Assembly (NCBI GenBank): GCA_947039395.1
Contig: CAMQYS010000007.1
Span: 971 to 64,970 of the forward strand
Origin: an uncultured Deferribacteraceae bacterium
Lineage (GTDB): Bacteria; Chrysiogenota; Deferribacteres; Deferribacterales; Mucispirillaceae
Length of the DNA stretch: 64,000 nt
Reading direction: 5' to 3'
A model generated the notes under the pieces. It was given only the letters and a program-made list of their open reading frames with translations, searched no databases and was not told the origin of the DNA. Shown in pieces: positions 61,322 to 64,000 of this stretch; within the stretch, counting starts at the first letter, position 1, and every line of letters begins with the position of its first letter. The translations under genes were made by a program, and so were the position numbers.

Positions 61322-62632
61322 ATGCACGAAATAGCTAAGAGACTAAATGATAATATTCAAAAAGTAAATCCATCGGTTTACGATATGCTTTCAGAGATCG
61401 GTAGAGATATTTATATGCCTGAAGGGATTGTTACACAAGGTAATGAAGCGAAACAGAAAGCAACAAAATTTAATGCAACGATAGGTATTGCGACAGCAAA
61501 TAAACGTCCTATGTATCTTAAGTCTATATATAGTAACTTTGCTGGATTTACTCCTGAAGAGGTTTTTCCTTATGCAAACACTCCAGGTGTTGCAGACCTT
61601 AGAACTTTATGGAAAGAGAAAATATATAAAGAAGGTCCAACATTAAATGGTGCACAACTATCAAATCCGATAGTTACATCTGCATTAACACATGGGATAT
61701 CATTGTTATCAGAGATGTTCTGTGATAGAGGAGATTATGTTGTTCTACCTGATATGTTTTGGGAGAACTATACATTAACTTTTGCAGTAAAACTGAAAGC
61801 TAATCTTGTTACATATAAAACGTTTGATGAAGATAATAAATTATTTAATGTTAAAGGTTTACTAGAGGAAACAACAAAAGCAGTTGCAAGTAAAGGTAAA
61901 GCGATTGTGATTTTAAACTTTCCTAATAATCCATCTGGTTATACTCCATCGGTAAAAGAGATGCAAGAAATTTCAGATGGTTTAGCAGAAATCGCAAACG
62001 GTGGCGGAAAAATTTTAGTTATAATTGATGATGCTTATTTCGGATTATTTTTTACAGATCACTGTGCAAAAGAATCAATGTTTTCATACTTGGCGAAAAG
62101 ATCTCCGAACCTACTTGCCGTAAAATTAGATGGTATAACTAAAGAAGGGTTTGCATGGGGACTGCGTGTTGGATTTATGACATTTGCACAAACTTGTGAT
62201 AACGATGAACAAATGCTCCTGTCAACACTTGAGGCAAAAGTTACTGGATTAATTAGAGCCACAGTATCTAACTCTCCACACCCATCACAGTCGGCTGTTC
62301 TGCACGCACTTAAATCACCTGATTTTGAAAAAGAGCGTGAGGCGTGTAATCAGATAATAAAAGAACGTGCGTTAATGATAGATAATATGTTTAAAGCAGG
62401 GAAATACGATGATGAGTTTATACCTTATCCATTTAATTCTGGTTATTTTATGTGTGTTAAACTTAAAAATTGTAACTCTGAAGAGCTTAGAACACTCCTA
62501 TTAAACAACTATCAAATAGGTGTGATAAGTACCTCTACAACAGATATTCGTGTAGCATTTTCATCTGTTGATATTGAACATATCGAAGAACTTTATGACA
62601 CAATTTATAAAGCGTGTAAAGAGATCAAATAG
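61322..62632 (+). CDS. class I/II PLP-dependent aminotransferase (aspartate aminotransferase-like)
   Basis: NATIGIA, NFPNNPSGYTP, DDAYFGL, GITKEGFAWGLRVGF (Lys for PLP). ATG at 61322 (MHEIAKRL) rather than TTG at 61265. Confidence 0.85.
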   Translation: MHEIAKRLNDNIQKVNPSVYDMLSEIGRDIYMPEGIVTQGNEAKQKATKFNATIGIATANKRPMYLKSIYSNFAGFTPEEVFPYANTPGVADLRTLWKEKIYKEGPTLNGAQLSNPIVTSALTHGISLLSEMFCDRGDYVVLPDMFWENYTLTFAVKLKANLVTYKTFDEDNKLFNVKGLLEETTKAVASKGKAIVILNFPNNPSGYTPSVKEMQEISDGLAEIANGGGKILVIIDDAYFGLFFTDHCAKESMFSYLAKRSPNLLAVKLDGITKEGFAWGLRVGFMTFAQTCDNDEQMLLSTLEAKVTGLIRATVSNSPHPSQSAVLHALKSPDFEKEREACNQIIKERALMIDNMFKAGKYDDEFIPYPFNSGYFMCVKLKNCNSEELRTLLLNNYQIGVISTSTTDIRVAFSSVDIEHIEELYDTIYKACKEIK

Positions 62633-62648
62633 ATAAATCATACTTTTA

Positions 62649-62698
62649 TATGATTGGTTGATATTGATTATTTCTTTGAACAATTTCAACCAATCATA
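62649..62698 (+). terminator. perfect 13-bp inverted repeat (possible terminator or operator) after the aminotransferase gene
   Basis: tatgattggttga - 24 nt - tcaaccaatcata. No clean T-run follows. Confidence 0.4.
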
Positions 62699-62803
62699 AC
62701 TTTCAACTTTATGATACTGTATATATCATCTAATTAACGCTAAAAGTATTGAAGTGATATAAAACTATATTGTTCTTTTTTATTTTTATGATATAATTAT
62801 TTA

Positions 62804-63853
62804 ATGTTAGAGCTATCAAATATATCTGATTTAAGTTTAAATATAAATTTTCCGATATTTCTTTACAATAAAGATTTTAGTAACTTATTTATATACACAT
62901 CAGGAAGCAATAAAGAGATTGAAATACCTCCTGTTATTACTAAAATGATAAGTGAGGATTTGTTAAAATTTATTACTGGAAAAAATAATAACCAAAAAAT
63001 TTTTAGATCAATAAAATTAACTCAATCATACATAATCTTCTTTCAAGATCTTCAAGATGAAAGTAGATTGAATATACTATTAGATAAAATATTTCAAAAT
63101 AATAGTTTAAATCTAATAGATAATACTACAATAAATCAAGAAAAAAATAATTCCGATGAACAACTAAATAGTAAAATTAAAAAACAAAATATTCAAATAT
63201 TAACATTAAACACTAAAGTAGATTATCTGAAAAACGATATCGCATCACTTAAAACAGAGATAGAAAAGAAAAATAAAACTATATCTATATTAAATCAAAC
63301 TATTGAAAAATATGATAAAGAACTAATTAAAATACAATCTCTAACAGAAACTTTAAATTTTAATAAATTACAAAAAATTAATAAAGAGTTGAGAGAAGAA
63401 TCTACTTTAGCTAAATATTCCTTAACTAAAACTGAAGATAATCTTAAAAAAAGTAGAGATAAAGCAACGCAAGCGATATTAAAATGTAATCTGATGTTAA
63501 AAAGAAATCCATCAAATATGGATGACATAACAGATGTTATTAATATATTAACAGTACAAGAATCATCAACAAAATCTCAATTTACAACAACTTCAAAAGG
63601 TAAAGTTAATAATCCAGATATAACAACAATTGTTGATAAATTAAACTATGTGATAAAAAGAAACGATTTTAAAAATATTGATGTAACTAAAGTATACTCA
63701 ATAGCTGGAATGAGTAATATAGCATCAATGATGGATAAACCAGCAGTACACTTTAAAACAGCTATACCTAAATTGATAGGCATGGCTAGATCAAACAATA
63801 TTAGTTATAGAGATCTGCTATCATTATATAGTGCATTAAATATAAAAGTATAG
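62804..63853 (+). CDS. hypothetical coiled-coil protein
   Basis: Central heptad-like K/E/L/N-rich segment (about residues 120-240). No TM helix or signal peptide. Confidence 0.55.
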   Translation: MLELSNISDLSLNINFPIFLYNKDFSNLFIYTSGSNKEIEIPPVITKMISEDLLKFITGKNNNQKIFRSIKLTQSYIIFFQDLQDESRLNILLDKIFQNNSLNLIDNTTINQEKNNSDEQLNSKIKKQNIQILTLNTKVDYLKNDIASLKTEIEKKNKTISILNQTIEKYDKELIKIQSLTETLNFNKLQKINKELREESTLAKYSLTKTEDNLKKSRDKATQAILKCNLMLKRNPSNMDDITDVINILTVQESSTKSQFTTTSKGKVNNPDITTIVDKLNYVIKRNDFKNIDVTKVYSIAGMSNIASMMDKPAVHFKTAIPKLIGMARSNNISYRDLLSLYSALNIKV

Positions 63854-64000
63854 TTTGATAACAACTATCAATCTATCTTCCACTATAATCAAAATTTAAT
63901 AAGAAACATGCCAATATTAGAATAACCAATAATCATCAATTACAGTAAACTAACTTATTTTTTAAAGGATATCAATAAACCCATTTCTTGATAATAGATG

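Noticed and set aside
360-63528. Short ORFs in the track that lie antisense to, or out of frame within, well-supported genes: 360-560, 728-934, 7608-7811, 9259-9486, 12139-12597, 18636-18848, 22433-22627, 37191-37394, 38181-38435, 39834-40220, 43038-43310, 44261-44479, 45195-45377, 46099-46335, 46402-46716, 48765-48977, 49612-49845, 53133-53453, 54079-54276, 57345-57557, 57639-57851, 58170-58367, 58865-59122, 59269-59496, 60105-60296, 62059-62262 and 63295-63528.
   Set aside because: They have no SD sites, show low-complexity or AT-skewed translations, and are fully overlapped by genes with strong family signatures.
63962-64000. A possible 3' end of a minus-strand gene (...HLLSRNGFIDIL*) running off the window end.
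   Set aside because: Only 12 codons are visible, which is too little to support a call.
1-64000. A search for a classical mobile element, prophage, toxin-antitoxin pair, restriction-modification system or defence island (integrase, transposase, nuclease/ATPase pairs, tRNA-flanked islands, terminal inverted repeats).
   Set aside because: None was found. Every ORF over 100 aa is either housekeeping or envelope-related, or one of the orphans and LRR genes listed above. The accessory stretch has no recombinase or direct-repeat borders other than its own internal duplications.

Overview
This is a 64-kb chromosomal segment from a strongly AT-rich, LPS-making (diderm) bacterium. Rubredoxin, a ferredoxin-nitroreductase, many radical-SAM enzymes, a small multihaem cytochrome c and a flagellar-type promoter suggest a motile anaerobe or microaerophile. 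A Deferribacterota-like gut organism is only a guess. I saw no rRNA, tRNA, CRISPR, transposase, integrase or phage genes. Most of the window is housekeeping. It includes dTDP-rhamnose genes (rfbBAC, rfbD) with galE and a GT2; ADP-heptose genes (hldE, hldD) with a polyprenyl-phosphate sugar transferase; pdxA-rsmA-folC-lptD; and the dnaG-rpoD and mreBCD-mrdA-rodA operons, followed by a conserved radical-SAM gene and a DUF2400 gene. It also holds a TroA/ZnuA-type metal ABC transporter, NUDIX-hemW-cytochrome c, and an msbA-GT9-GT2-lpxK LPS operon. The only clearly accessory stretch is about 28.3-35.6 kb, bracketed by strong bidirectional terminators. It holds an orphan 398-aa protein, a ferredoxin-nitroreductase, and three tandem paralogous leucine-rich-repeat (LRR) genes of 411 aa, 741 aa and a decayed third copy, each separated by a duplicated terminator/promoter cassette. 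The two intact LRR proteins lack a signal peptide, and the decayed copy still encodes one. This modular, recombination-prone LRR locus is the best candidate for something new. I found no recognisable multi-gene defence or secretion system in the window. Other notable points:
- a metal-ABC permease fused to a DtxR-type winged-helix domain
- a tetrahaem cytochrome made of two doubled-CXXCH units whose gene overlaps hemW by 76 nt
- msbA, which can only start at a non-ATG/GTG/TTG codon
- a sigma-28-type promoter in front of a YjfB-like small motility protein
- a multiply disrupted small secreted-protein gene inside the rfb cluster
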